Below are positions 1 to 11,230 of a stretch of DNA of 22,155 nt, one piece after another. A model generated the notes under the pieces. The model had not been told where the DNA came from and did not search any database. It saw only the letters and a list, made by a program, of their open reading frames with translations. Position 1 is the stretch's first letter. Every line of letters starts with the position of its first letter. Made by a program: the position numbers and the translations under genes. The stretch spans positions 1 through 22,155 of the forward strand of contig JAQGDQ010000814.1 of NCBI GenBank assembly GCA_030141605.1. The letters are read 5' to 3'. This DNA is from Tubiluchus corallicola. Its lineage: Eukaryota; Animalia; Priapulida.

Positions 1-47
1 AGCAATACGTAAAAAAATCATTGTACTTCGTTCAGTTACGTATTACT

Positions 48-376
48 CATAGTATAAAATGGCACAGGTAAAAATGGCACACATGGAGAATTAGGTAAAA
101 TGACATAGTATAAAATGGCACAGGTAAAAATGGCACAAATGGAGAAGTAGGTAGATGACATAGTATAAAATAGCACAGGTAAAAATGGCACAAGAAAAAA
201 TGACACAGGTAAAAATAGCACAGGTAAAATGGCACAAATGGAGAAGGTAAAAATGGCACAAATGGAAAAGTTGGTAAAATGACACAGTATGAAATGATAC
301 AGGTACAAATGGCACGGGAAAACATGACACAGGTAAAAATGGCACAAATGAAAAAGTGGGTAAAAATGGCGCAGGA
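48..376. repeat. Degenerate tandem array of ~14-15 bp modules (AAAATGGCACAGGT and variants); possibly transposon subterminal repeats
   Basis: Repeated aaaatggcaca, ggtaaaaat, aaatggagaag and catagtataaaat modules are visible directly; the transposon origin is inference. Confidence 0.75.
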
Positions 377-500
377 ATGACGGACTCAACAACAAAGTGG
401 GGATCGCAGCGAATTTAAGACGGGAATGCAAATAAACTGTCCATCTGAATACAATCTAACTACCACAGGTCTGTGTTTTATGGTGCACGTATTACACGTT

Positions 501-2008
501 CTTGTCTGTACATGCTACTCACTACAACTACTACTTGTCTGTACATTGCTACTCACTACAACTACTACTTGTCTGTACATGCTACTCACTACAACTACTA
601 CTTGTCTGTACATGCTACTCACTACAACTACTACTTGTCTGTACATGCTACTCACTACAACTACTACTTGTCTGTACATGCTACTCACTACAACTACTAC
701 TTGTCTGTACATGCTACTCACTACAACTACTACTTGTCTGTACATGCTACTCACTACAACTACTACTTGTCTGTACATGCTACTCACTACAACTACTTGT
801 CTGTACATGCTACTCACTACAACTACTACTTGTCTGTACATGCTACTCACTACAACTACTACTTGTCTGTACATGCTACTCACTACAACTACTACTTGTC
901 TGTACATGCTACTCACTACAACTACTACTTGTCTGTACATGCTACTCACTACAACTACTACTTGTCTGTACATGCTACTCACTACAACTACTACTTGTCT
1001 GTACATGCTACTCACTACAACTACTACTTGTCTGTACATGCTACTCACTACAACTACTACTTGTCTGTACATGCTACTCACTACAACTACTACTTGTCTG
1101 TACATGCTACTCACTACAACTACTACTTGTCTGTACATGCTACTCACTACAACTACTACTTGTCTGTACATGCTACTCACTACAACTACTACTTGTCTGT
1201 ACATGCTACTCACTACAACTACTACTTGTCTGTACATGCTACTCACTACAACTACTACTTGTCTGTACATTGCTACTCACTACAACTACTACTTGTCTGT
1301 ACATGCTACTCACTACAACTACTACTTGTCTGTACATGCTACTCACTACAACTACTACTTGTCTGTACATGCTACTCACTACAACTACTACTTGTCTGTA
1401 CATGCTACTCACTACAACTACTACTTGTCTGTACATTGCTACTCACTACAACTACTACTTGTCTGTACATGCTACTCACTACAACTACTACTTGTCTGTA
1501 CATGCTACTCACTACAACTACTACTTGTCTGTACATGCTACTCACTACAACTACTACTTGTCTGTACATGCTACTCACTACAACTACTACTTGTCTGTAC
1601 ATGCTACTCACTACAACTACTACTTGTCTGTACATGCTGCTCACTACAACTACTACTTGTCTGTACATGCTACTCACTACAACTACTACTTGTCTGTACA
1701 TGCTGCTCACTACAACTACTACTTGTCTGTACATGCTACTCACTACAACTACTACTTGTCTGTACATGCTACTCACTACAACTACTACTTGTCTGTACAT
1801 GCTGCTCACTACAACTACTACTTGTCTGTACATGCTACTCACTACAACTACTACTTGTCTGTTCATGCTACTCGCTACAACTACTACTTGTCTGTACATT
1901 GCTACTCACTACAACTACTACTTGTCTGTACATGCTACTCACTACAACTACTACTTGTCTGTACATGCTACTCACCACAACTACTACTTGTCTGTACATG
2001 CTACTCAC
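501..2008. repeat. 33-bp minisatellite, about 46 nearly identical copies (CTTGTCTGTACATGCTACTCACTACAACTACTA)
   Basis: Direct periodicity; +1 T variants near 547, 1271, 1437 and 1900; one 30-bp unit near 790; A>G variants near 1639, 1705 and 1804. Confidence 0.98.
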
Positions 2009-2055
2009 AACAAATCTTGCTACTGTACACTGAATAATAACGACAAAGATTTCAC

Positions 2056-2227
2056 CTTTATAATACAGGTATGCATTGTCTTGTTTCTCACCATCGTCCT
2101 GGTTGGCTTTGAACTCCCACAAACCAAAACCACTCAGTTTTATCATCCAACGACTATCAACTAAACAATTACTGGACTTGAGGTTACCGTGGGTATGTAT
2201 GTCACTCCTATGCAGATACTGGATGCC
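2056..2227 (-). CDS. Receptor guanylyl cyclase exon; kinase-homology subdomains VI-VII (last exon found in window)
   Basis: ttttag acceptor, gtgaaa donor; 172 nt; GIQYLHRSDIHTHGNLKSSNCLVDSRWMIKLSGFGLWEFKANQDDGEKQDNAYLYYK with the rGC signature HGNLKSSNCxVDxR. Confidence 0.95.
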
Positions 2228-3367
2228 CTAAAAGCAAAGCCTACACTAAAGGATCATGTTTTACAATAGTGTGAGCTAACCTTAAGAAATGCAAGAGATT
2301 TGAAACGGTTAGAAAGACACAACATTTTCGATGTTTTTTGTAACTTTAATCAAACACTGATTTTTGATTGATACTACTAAAGTGACTGTTTTTGTTCCTG
2401 CTTTAAAGCTATTAACTGAAACTAAAAATTTTCACACTTAAATTTATTTTCCCTTGCAAGCAGCTGGGACTTAACAGAAAAGATTACTCAGTGTTGGTGT
2501 CAAGCAATTTAATCTAGCATTCTATAATTATTTGTTTTCTTTCCGTATTTTTACAAACATGCATTTCCTGAAAGTGTTTAAAACGAAGCCAGCCTTAGTC
2601 ATGTGACCTAAGCTTTAGTAGTATACGCCACCTATTAATCACACTAGTTTTTACACGTAGTTACATTTTCTGTTGCCGCTATGCCGATCATGCCGTTTGG
2701 TGATACTTGCATTGCTTTGTCTACTTTGTTACAATTTAACAGACACTAGTTGTATTTTCAAGCCAAAGTTGTCACCAGTAAATGTAAGTCACCATCTACT
2801 TTAATAATTAGTTAATAGTTTAAATTGGTTAGAATTGCTTCAAATCTCTAGAATAATAAAGTAATAATTTGTGTTTCAGTCTTCTTAAATCTAACTTTTC
2901 ATTTTGTCTAAATAGTAATAACCTTTAGCACATTCTTAAGCACTTTTTGTGATCTGTTATTTTAATAAATTGCAGGTCTATCGCGCAGTTCAATACTGAT
3001 TTTTGCCGTTTCTTTGTCTGGACTGGGCGCATCCACGCTCAGCAATGGCGTATCTAAGCTTTAACGTCCCATGGCGGCACTGCAGTTTGCAAAAATCCAT
3101 AGCTGCGAAAATTTTTGATTCATAAAATTTAGCAGTATTGCATCGCAGTTGCGATAAGTAGGAGAAAAATTGATAAAATAAAAAAGTACTACAGTAGGAC
3201 TTCGATTATCCGGATGTTTAGCGTCCGTTTCTGAGAGGTGGAAGTAGTCCAGATACTTAACCTAGTTTTGCTTATTCAAGGGCTTTCTATATCAAGTGTT
3301 TGACATATCGCGAATTAAATTGTGGTCTCAAACTGGTTGAAAGTTTCCATTTTTGTGGCTTCATTGG

Positions 3368-4003
3368 TAGGGTTACCATATTGTCTGAGTTGAAAAAGAG
3401 GACAATTTTTGCACAATGACCAGTCTACGGTATATTAAAACAATGCAAATTATATAAATATGCCTACATGTATTCTAATAGCAATTATGTGATGATCGGT
3501 TATACCATCCATCATTGTCGCAACACCTATTTTGATATATCTTTCATATGTTGTTGTGTGTGCATAAATAATGATCTAATTACTTTATTGATTTATTGCA
3601 CTGTTTATTTAAATTTATATTACATTGTGTTTTTTGTAAGATTTTGACACCAGATGGCTCTGGCCGCTTATTTCTCTGCTTACCTGTAATTAGGTTACCT
3701 GAAAATTCGAATACCAAATGGCTTCAACCTGTTTTGGGATCTTACTACAGAGTTTGTGTTTTACACTAGTTATGTTCTGACTGTCAAAGTTACAGGGTGG
3801 TGGAGTTTTGCTGGTTAGTCCACATCCTGAGGTTATTTTATATGGCTGAACACCAAGTTTGGTGTGAATCTATCTTTAGTGGCACTCGTATGCAGTGAGA
3901 TGTTTTATCACAAAGACAATGGTTTGGTCTACTTTTGTTTATTCGTTGTTTGCTGTGATGACACTGTCTTGACATTCCGGGAAGCAAGTGTTTGGTAACC
4001 GTA
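3368..4003. mobile_element. Possible nested DNA-transposon remnant
   Basis: Ends TAGGGTTACCATA and (reverse complement) TACGGTTACCAAA; no TSD recognisable. Confidence 0.35.
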
Positions 4004-4688
4004 TTTCGACCTGCAGAATAGGACTCAAATTCTCGCTGAATAGTAGTGGAAAACTAGTCGAGGACCAGTTCTACCTGGAGCAATGGTCTGTCTGTTCGTC
4101 TGAACTAAAGGTTCTGTTTGTCACCCTGCAAAAGGACGATATTTGGCTTTATTACTGGAAGGCTGAGGCAACCAGGTACGAGTTCAACCGCTGGATTGCT
4201 GGAGCAGTTTTAAAGCGTGGTCCATGCAGAGGCTGGATCGGTGACCATTGGCAAGGAGTTGCTGGCAAGGACGTGGCTGACTGCTGGAGATGAAAAGCCG
4301 ATGTGGTATGGTTGGAGACTCAAGGGCGTGGTTGATAGATCCAAAAGCCTGATGAGAGACAGAAGCGTAGCCGGCCAACGTTACTTTTGGGGGAATTAGG
4401 TATTGTTGGAAATTGTTATCAATTTAATTTGCTATTGTTGTTTCACTGATTAAATTCTAAATCTAAATATTAGCTTTTAGTTCCATTTTCGTTCTGATTA
4501 AATAATTTGCACGTGCACACAAGTGTTTCACCAGTGACACGGATTCACGTAGCCTACACAAATAAACGATTATCCTGTAGATTTAGCATATAAAAGTGAC
4601 GCAAACGCTCGAGAACCCTGAACACGGTACTCTGATTTCTTAACGTCCTGATTTAATTATTACACGGCGTCACAAATACCAAATGGCA

Positions 4689-4985
4689 ATACTGTTCATT
4701 GGCCAAAACTCTTTAGTAAACATACTGTTCATTGGCCAAAACTCTTTAGTAAACATACTGTTCATTGGCCAAAACTCTTTAGTAAACATACTGTTCATTG
4801 GCCAAAACTCTTTAGTAAACATACTGTTCATTGGCCAAAACTCTTTAGTAAACATACTGTTCATTGGCCAAAGCTCTTTAGTAAACATACTGTTCATTGG
4901 CTAAAACTCTTTAGTAAACATACTGTGCATTGGCCAAAACTCTTTAGTAAACATACTGTTCATTGGCCAAAACTCTTTAGTAAAC
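4689..4985. repeat. Second 33-bp minisatellite, exactly 9 copies (ATACTGTTCATTGGCCAAAACTCTTTAGTAAAC)
   Basis: 297 bp = 9 x 33, with three point variants in the later copies. Confidence 0.97.
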
Positions 4986-5212
4986 AAGTTTAGTACTATT
5001 AGGTTAGCTAAGTGCAGCTTCCCGCTTCAATTCAACCTGCTGCATTCATAGGGGATTTTTCGTTTTTCCTAGCAAAATAGATAGGCGATTTTATTTCAGA
5101 AAAAGCGCGAGGGGTTCTATTTCATTACAATAAAAATTAGTTTAAGTAACAATTGGTGGATAATTAGCAGATCTCTGTCTGTTGCTATTCACGATAATAT
5201 AGTTAAAGCTTG

Positions 5213-5268
5213 TTAACGGTTACTAACCATATTAATGCTATTAACGGTTACTAACCATATTAATGGTA
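5213..5268. repeat. 28-bp tandem duplication
   Basis: ttaacggttactaaccatattaatg(c/g)ta occurs twice. Confidence 0.9.
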
Positions 5269-5737
5269 CTACATTACTGTTGTAGACTTTATAATCAGAG
5301 CATTTCTTAGTTAATTTTTCTTCAGAAAAGGTAAAACAGCAGCAAGAGAGGTGAGTATGTGTAGACCATCCCAGTACACTTTACGTCAGTACAGTATTGA
5401 CTGCCGAATTGCATCCATACGAGATTTTTACCGTACATTTCATATATTGCCTCTTTGTCAACGCAATTACAGTGCAGATTTATAAAATTTTATGTTAAAT
5501 GCATTAATCCACTTGACGATATTGTTAGAAAAATTGCACGCTATGCAACACATTCAGTTACCAGTACTGCTGGCTATAATTTTAAACTGATATGTACGAG
5601 GTATATTGTAAATAACATACTTGGATATACCATTTCGTATCAACAGTCTCTAACCAAAAAGACCTGTACTCCGCTGTTGTCTCAACGTCATGAAACTTAC
5701 CTGTCAATTGTTGCTGATGTTGTACAGTGTCGAGACA

Positions 5738-5855
5738 GAATGACGTCACAGATACATGAGTTTGGATGTTATAGTGAATGACGTCACAGATACATGAGTT
5801 TGGATGTTATAGTGAATGACGTCACAGATACATGAGTTTGGATGTTATAATGAAT
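5738..5855. repeat. 38-bp tandem triplication, each unit containing TGACGTCA
   Basis: TGACGTCA starts at 5741, 5779 and 5817. Confidence 0.95.
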
Positions 5856-6076
5856 TAAAATTTTTGCTCTACTATGTCTTGACAGTTTAATGTCTATATA
5901 TAATACGTATATAAACGCCCTCTGCTGTTGACAATTCTATTTTTCCGTACTTGTTTAACATGATGTATGTGCTTTGTACATATATCGTTATCATAATGAT
6001 GTAATTATAATTTGTTATTTGTCTGTATTTGAATAGCTGTGTTACTGTGTAATTGCATAATTGTTGTATACTTGTG

Positions 6077-6277
6077 ATTTTGTTGTCACTCATGGTTTGC
6101 ACCTACATTGCATTATATTATGTTGTTTTGTGCACATTGTGTCTGTTTACTAATATGTACTGTACCATTCCAGTATGTAATTTTGTTGTCACTCATGGTT
6201 TGCACCTACATTGCATTATATTATGTTGTTTTGTGCACATTGTGTCTGTTTACTAATGTGTACTACACCATTCGAGT
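6077..6277. repeat. 103-bp tandem duplication
   Basis: attttgttgtcactcatggtttgcacc... starts at 6077 and 6180 and the copies are nearly identical. Confidence 0.92.
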
Positions 6278-6872
6278 ATTTCGAGTTCGAAATAATAAAT
6301 AAATTAAGAATAAAGTAGATAAATTGAACAAAAACTATGAATAGTTTTTGTTATTTCATCTGGAGATGTTGGTCCGACTAACCCGATATTCACGATAATC
6401 GGGTTCTGGATAATCGAGGCGCTACTGTACTGAAAAAATTTGCTTGCGAAGAACTAAATTCACCCCACATGCTTCAAGAGTTACGATACTCAAAGGCTTC
6501 TGTGTTAACGCAAGAAAGCAGGTGATTATAAAATTTAATGTACTTCACAATACACTCAAAGCATGTAGGCGTACCACGCAGAAGCTTTGAAAGAAATAGC
6601 AAACGATGCTGCAAATATTACAGTGATATTAAATTACTCATCTTCCTTTATCGCAATCGGCAGGAGGCGTTGCGCTTTCATGGAAAATTAAATTTTCACG
6701 TGTTTTGCGTTTCTACCGTCCCGAGATAATCAACTTTTTCACTGCACTTGATTAAGATGCTGCCCCGGGCATCTCTTCCTTAGTTACGCCTCTATTATTC
6801 AGACAACAAAAGCGCTTTGTAATTAGAAATCTCATAAAGTTATCGATACTTTACTTCAACACTTGAAAACAC

Positions 6873-7313
6873 CAGGGCCGGAACTAGATGTGGCAAGCAG
6901 GGGGGGGGGCGAAAAAATTTTCTGGGAGAGCGAGGTATTCGAAGTGGTTAAATAATGGTTAAGCCAATTTTAACCCCTTTTATAGTAGCATGCAAGCCTA
7001 TAATTAGCATGTGTGTAGGACGGCGTAGCGGACAGAGCAATAATGAGAAAATTAACTCTCAGTTAACCTAACGTTATTAATGTGCCTCTAACTAAATTGT
7101 TATTTACAGTAATTCATCACACACAAGTTTTAAGAAAATAATACACTGAAGCTACCAAACATTTTTTTACCTAATTCTAATTCATATTGAAAATGATTAC
7201 ATGCGAACTGCAATTTTCACTGCAAAAAAAATTATTTGTCCGATTTTGCAGGGGGGGGGGCACAAATTTTCACAAGGGGGCGCCCCCCTCGATCCCCCCT
7301 ATTTCCGCCCCTG
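6873..7313. mobile_element. hAT-type MITE, 441 bp
   Basis: TIRs CAGGGCCGGAACTAG and CAGGGGCGGAAATAG (13/15); perfect 8-bp TSD GAAAACAC at 6865-6872 and 7314-7321. Confidence 0.9.
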
Positions 7314-7442
7314 GAAAACACTATCCAAATGTATGTAGAGGACCTATCGAGAATTAAGCTAAAGCAGCAGAAATGAGCAACAGATGCAATAGTTACATGT
7401 GAATTAGACATTTATGAAGCATTATTATAAACTATGACTTAC

Positions 7443-7619
7443 AGCTAAGATGTCAGTCATGAACGACAGTTTGAACATATCATCCAATTTCACATCTTCA
7501 TTCTCAAGAACGTCGTTGAGCGAACCTTTTGGACAGTACTGAATTAGGATGCAAATGTTTGGATAGTCTATGCAAGCTCCGAAAAATGTCGCGATGTTCT
7601 CATGGCTTAATTCACGAAC
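7443..7619 (-). CDS. Receptor guanylyl cyclase exon; kinase-homology domain
   Basis: cgcag acceptor, gtaagt donor; 177 nt; VRELSHENIATFFGACIDYPNICILIQYCPKGSLNDVLENEDVKLDDMFKLSFMTDILA carries the diagnostic GAC...YCxKGSLxDxLEN motif. Confidence 0.97.
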
Positions 7620-7857
7620 CTGCGAATAATACGATTCGCGAAACATGAAGCGAAATATTCTTATGCAGGAATAAGTAGTATTATTGGAGGTCTTAAAGGC
7701 TCTTGTCATGAAAGCAACAAAAAAACCTTCATGTAACAGCAAGAGATTCCTCGAAGCCACACCTGACCAGAATGATATGCTGTTAAGTCAACAATACTTA
7801 CAAAGACAGAGTATAAAATACAGCAATGGGGATTATAAATCATGAATCAGCCATTCC

Positions 7858-8397
7858 TGTGGAAATTGTAATTGTATATTTTTAGGTGCTGCCATCTATG
7901 AACTAATCCTTTTACATTTTACTAGCCAGACTCACCCCTAGTATAATTGTACGGTCCAGTGAATGCATATTCACTGGATCTCTCCCTATTTTTCAGTAAT
8001 GGTTTTTGTGAAGCCAAGTTTGCATAATTACCTATACCTATATATACTGACTGGATTTACTTTCTAGTCACTGTCTCACTCTCAATACAGTGCAGTGCAG
8101 AAGTCATGCTAGTCGTGCTACACACCTGTCTAACTCTAAGTGCAGTGCAGCAGTCGTCTTACTCACTGTCTAACTCACACTCTAAGTGCAGTGCAGCAGT
8201 CGTGCTAATCATGTTACTGTCTAACTCTCAGTGATCAGTGCAGGACACTCTTGTTCTCAGTGTTCAGTGTAGCAGTCATTCTACATATGTGTATGTAGTC
8301 TAATAAACGCTTTTCAGTTTTGTGCAGATATGTAGTATAGTTGTTTATTCTTTTTCTACAAATTGATTCATCTACAACCTCAAACATGACTTTCACA
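7858..8397 (+). mobile_element. Solo LTR, family A, copy 1
   Basis: TGTGGAAA...TTTCACA ends; perfect 5-bp TSD ATTCC; TATA-like ctatatata followed by AATAAA on the + strand; no PBS or PPT in the flanks. Confidence 0.8.
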
Positions 8398-9046
8398 ATT
8401 CCAATTAATCAGAAAAGGACAAGTTTCTTGTGGGATGCTGAGGATCATACGGCTGCGTTGGTGGTTTCACTGGTACAGTTTTGATTCTCGTTGCAATTCA
8501 GCAAACAATCATTCAAGAACGACTGCAGGATCTATATACACTATGTACAGCTACAGCTATCATGAGACCACATTCTTTTCTGAATTCCATCATGGCCGTC
8601 GTACACTAATATAGTGCAATAATAACCATATAGCGTTCACTTTCTTCCATTATAATATATTCTTCTTATACCTTCCATTTTCCTATCATTTAGGTCTCGA
8701 GCATCAACCCCCCAAACATTTTTTTGAGTTAACTACAAACAAATAGATGTTCAGTTGTGTCTTCTTGGGTATGAAATTAGTTTTATATACACTTTTGAAG
8801 TAACACTTCAATTCCAACACATTTAATTTCATTTTCATGTAATGACTCAGAAATATAATTTTAAATTCGACATCTTTCATAAGTCTCAATTTGGTTTTAT
8901 TATATTTTGTTCTGAACTCCTCTGTTACTTTTCTTTGCTACGTTTTACCACTTTTTGACCATCTTTTTCCATTCAAACTTCTTGTTTTTATGTACTGGTT
9001 TCATATCACTGCTCTTTATTTCATAATAATCAGCAATTTTTACATT

Positions 9047-9438
9047 TGTGGAAATTGTAACTGTATATTTTAGGTGCTGCCATCTATTAACTAATCGTTT
9101 TACATTTTACTAGCTAAACTCACACATGTATAATTGTACGGTCCAGTGAATATGCATATTCACTGGATCTCTCCCTATTTTACAGTAATGGTTTTTGTGA
9201 AGCAAAGTTTGCATAATTACCTATACCTATATATACTGACTGGATTTACTTGCTAGTCACTGTCTAACTCTCAGTGATCAGTGCAGGACACTAGTTCTCA
9301 GTGTTCAGTGCAGCAGTCATTCTACATATGTGTATGTAGTCTAATAAACGCTTTTCAGTTTTGTGCAGATATGTAGTATAGTTTTTTATTCTTTTTCTAC
9401 AAAGTGATTTATCTACAACTTCAAACATGACTTTCACA
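9047..9438 (+). mobile_element. Solo LTR, family A, copy 2 (fewer internal repeat modules)
   Basis: Same termini and near-identical sequence to 7858-8397; TSD imperfect (acatt vs acaat, overlapping the terminal A). Confidence 0.75.
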
Positions 9439-9503
9439 CAATCTATTTTTGTTGTGTAACTAGTTGTTTATCAATTCTATCGTCATCGGAAGGATATACT
9501 GAC

Positions 9504-9584
9504 CTGTTTTACTTGTAACAATAGCTTACGGTTTCGAACATCAATACTCTTCTTATGGATCGGTTTAATAGAGACAAGAGTTGA
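9504..9584 (-). CDS. Receptor guanylyl cyclase exon; kinase-homology subdomains II-III
   Basis: tttttcag acceptor, gtcagt donor; 81 nt, phase 0-0; STLVSIKPIHKKSIDVRNRKLLLQVKQ, comparable to [26 protein letters not shown]. Confidence 0.9.
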
Positions 9585-10541
9585 CTGAAAAAAAGATGAG
9601 CATGCGCAGTTTCAAAAACACGTCTTTAAAAATGGCATAATGAATAATTTGAGCTACTTCAATATATAATTTAAATCGAGTAAATGTTTTTTGCTGAGCG
9701 TTTCAAATTTGACATTTTACGTAATTCAAATTCTACGTTTTTGTAGTTAGAGAGATGCGCGCAAGAGAAAATGCGCGCAACGTTTTTCTCCTCTGGATTA
9801 ATTTGTGCGTTAAAAGTGATTTTTACAGAAATCAAAATCCGAAAGATTAACCGGACAATAAAAAAGAACAAGACTCTTCAGTGTAATGCAGTTTAGTTAA
9901 TTCCTGCAACAAAGTTTGTAAGACACGTATGTGAACAAGTAAAATTGATAACCAAAATATCAAGTTCAAAAATCTCACAAAAGTAGTCCCTTCCTCGGGA
10001 TCCCAGTCATTAATTATTTTGACTTAATGAGAAAATTTGAACACATTCTGACCAACAAGAAAACTAGTAAAGTATTAGATTATTTAAACAGAATATGATT
10101 GACTCCCTTTACTGTGAGGATTTTTCCAGAATTTCAAGCACCAGGTGGCAGTAGTATAAGGCAGGTAAAAGGTGTGAGCGTAGCACTGACGTGGCAAAGC
10201 TTAATGTGTGAATTGAGGCGCTATTTTTTGTTATTGTGTTTGCCAAATATTTGTATTTTTTCTTTGTCTTAGTGCTACATATATTTCATCTTTGAGCCAA
10301 CTATATGGTGTTATGATGTAAGTAATTAAGAAAATTACACCACTCCTTTTTTGAACTTCTACATTTGCATTCACATATCAGAAAACGTGCTGTAATACTT
10401 TAGGTTACATTTTTACTATTTAATCAGCTATGTATTTTGCATTTGAGTATTTTGTTTCGACTTATTAGGCTCAAACTTTATTTATACGTCTCTTAATTTG
10501 CAGATTAAACGACAATACCACAAAAAAGTAGTTACACTTAC

Positions 10542-10652
10542 TTTATAGTATCCAGTCGTGGTATAGCTGACAGGTATTTGAGCGCCACTGACTGAACTTG
10601 GCTGCAAACTCATTGATCCTGTCTTCACAGATATTAAACTCAACGCTGATGC
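10542..10652 (-). CDS. Receptor guanylyl cyclase exon; Ser/Thr-rich regulatory segment and start of kinase-homology domain
   Basis: tttag acceptor, gtaagt donor; 111 nt, phase 0-0; ASALSLISVKTGSMSLQPSSVSGAQIPVSYTTTGYYK, comparable to the GSxxSL...FxxTGxYK segment of GC-A/GC-B. Confidence 0.88.
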
Positions 10653-10809
10653 CTAAACACACAAGGTTTCTTACAAAATTACCAAAAATAGAAAAAAAGT
10701 GAAAGATGAGAATTCTGAAAGTAAAAATTTTAAATCACGTTGCATAATAAACAATATTCCCAGCCTCCCAAGTAGCAGAATAGAAAAAATAATGTTAATA
10801 TTCCGAGAG

Positions 10810-11230
10810 TCCCACCAGGCGCTGCTAGAACGTTTTTTCCGCATGCTGTTTGATCAAAAATTTCGAAAAAATCGCGAGTTGGGTCAGGGAAAATGTCCGT
10901 TGCGGGGCGCCGTGGCCCTCTCGGGAATTCCAAATATGCCTACTACACCCACCGCTGAACGGGCTATCTATCCATAGCCAGCACCACCCATGGCCCGTTC
11001 CCGTTCTCCAGATCTCAGCCGTATAACTTTTGCAAAAAACGGCCGAAAAATGGCCATTTTTGGAGGTTTTTTGCCCCCCGTTCATCCCAGTGGGCCCGAT
11101 TCGAAAAATAAACCCCCAATGAGACGACACTAGATCGAGGCCTTTCGTTTGATGTATAGATCGCCGCAAATGGTGCCCTCGTCGAAGCTGTAGCCTCGAA
11201 TCTTATATATATATATCAAGAATATTATAA
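10810..11230 (-). mobile_element. Unclassified GC-richer interspersed element, possibly Helitron-like
   Basis: 11092-11215 is the reverse complement of about 20401-20522 and ends in (TA)n; left boundary approximate and class uncertain. Confidence 0.55.

Larger units (their letters stand above)
3192..6427. mobile_element. Tc1/mariner-superfamily (pogo/Tigger-like) non-autonomous element
   Basis: TA-flanked TIRs CAGTAGGACTTCGATTATCCGGA vs CAGTAGCGCCTCGATTATCCAGA (19/23); GATAATCG doubled at the right end; no transposase ORF seen. Confidence 0.65.
3043..6794. mobile_element. Possible old hAT-like MITE split by nested insertions
   Basis: Left end CAATGGCGTATCTAAG vs right-end reverse complement TAGAGGCGTAACTAAG (12/16); 8-nt flanks acgctcag and ttattcag share only tcag. 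Confidence 0.4.

Noticed and set aside
36-431. Cys/Phe-rich minus-strand ORFs as the next exon
   Set aside because: Derived from a degenerate repeat; the expected LWTAPE-type kinase-homology sequence is absent.
426-2164. Three ORFs over 500 aa and the antisense VVVVVSSMYRQ ORFs as genes
   Set aside because: They are translations of a stop-free 33-bp repeat, switch peptide at single-base insertions, and lie in an intron.
501-4985. 33-bp arrays as CRISPR arrays
   Set aside because: Units are head-to-tail with no unique spacers, there are no cas genes, and the context is a spliced eukaryotic gene.
7858-9438. LTR-A copies 1 and 2 as the two LTRs of one TRIM element
   Set aside because: Copy 1 has its own ATTCC TSD, the outer flanks do not match, and no PBS or polypurine tract borders the internal segment.
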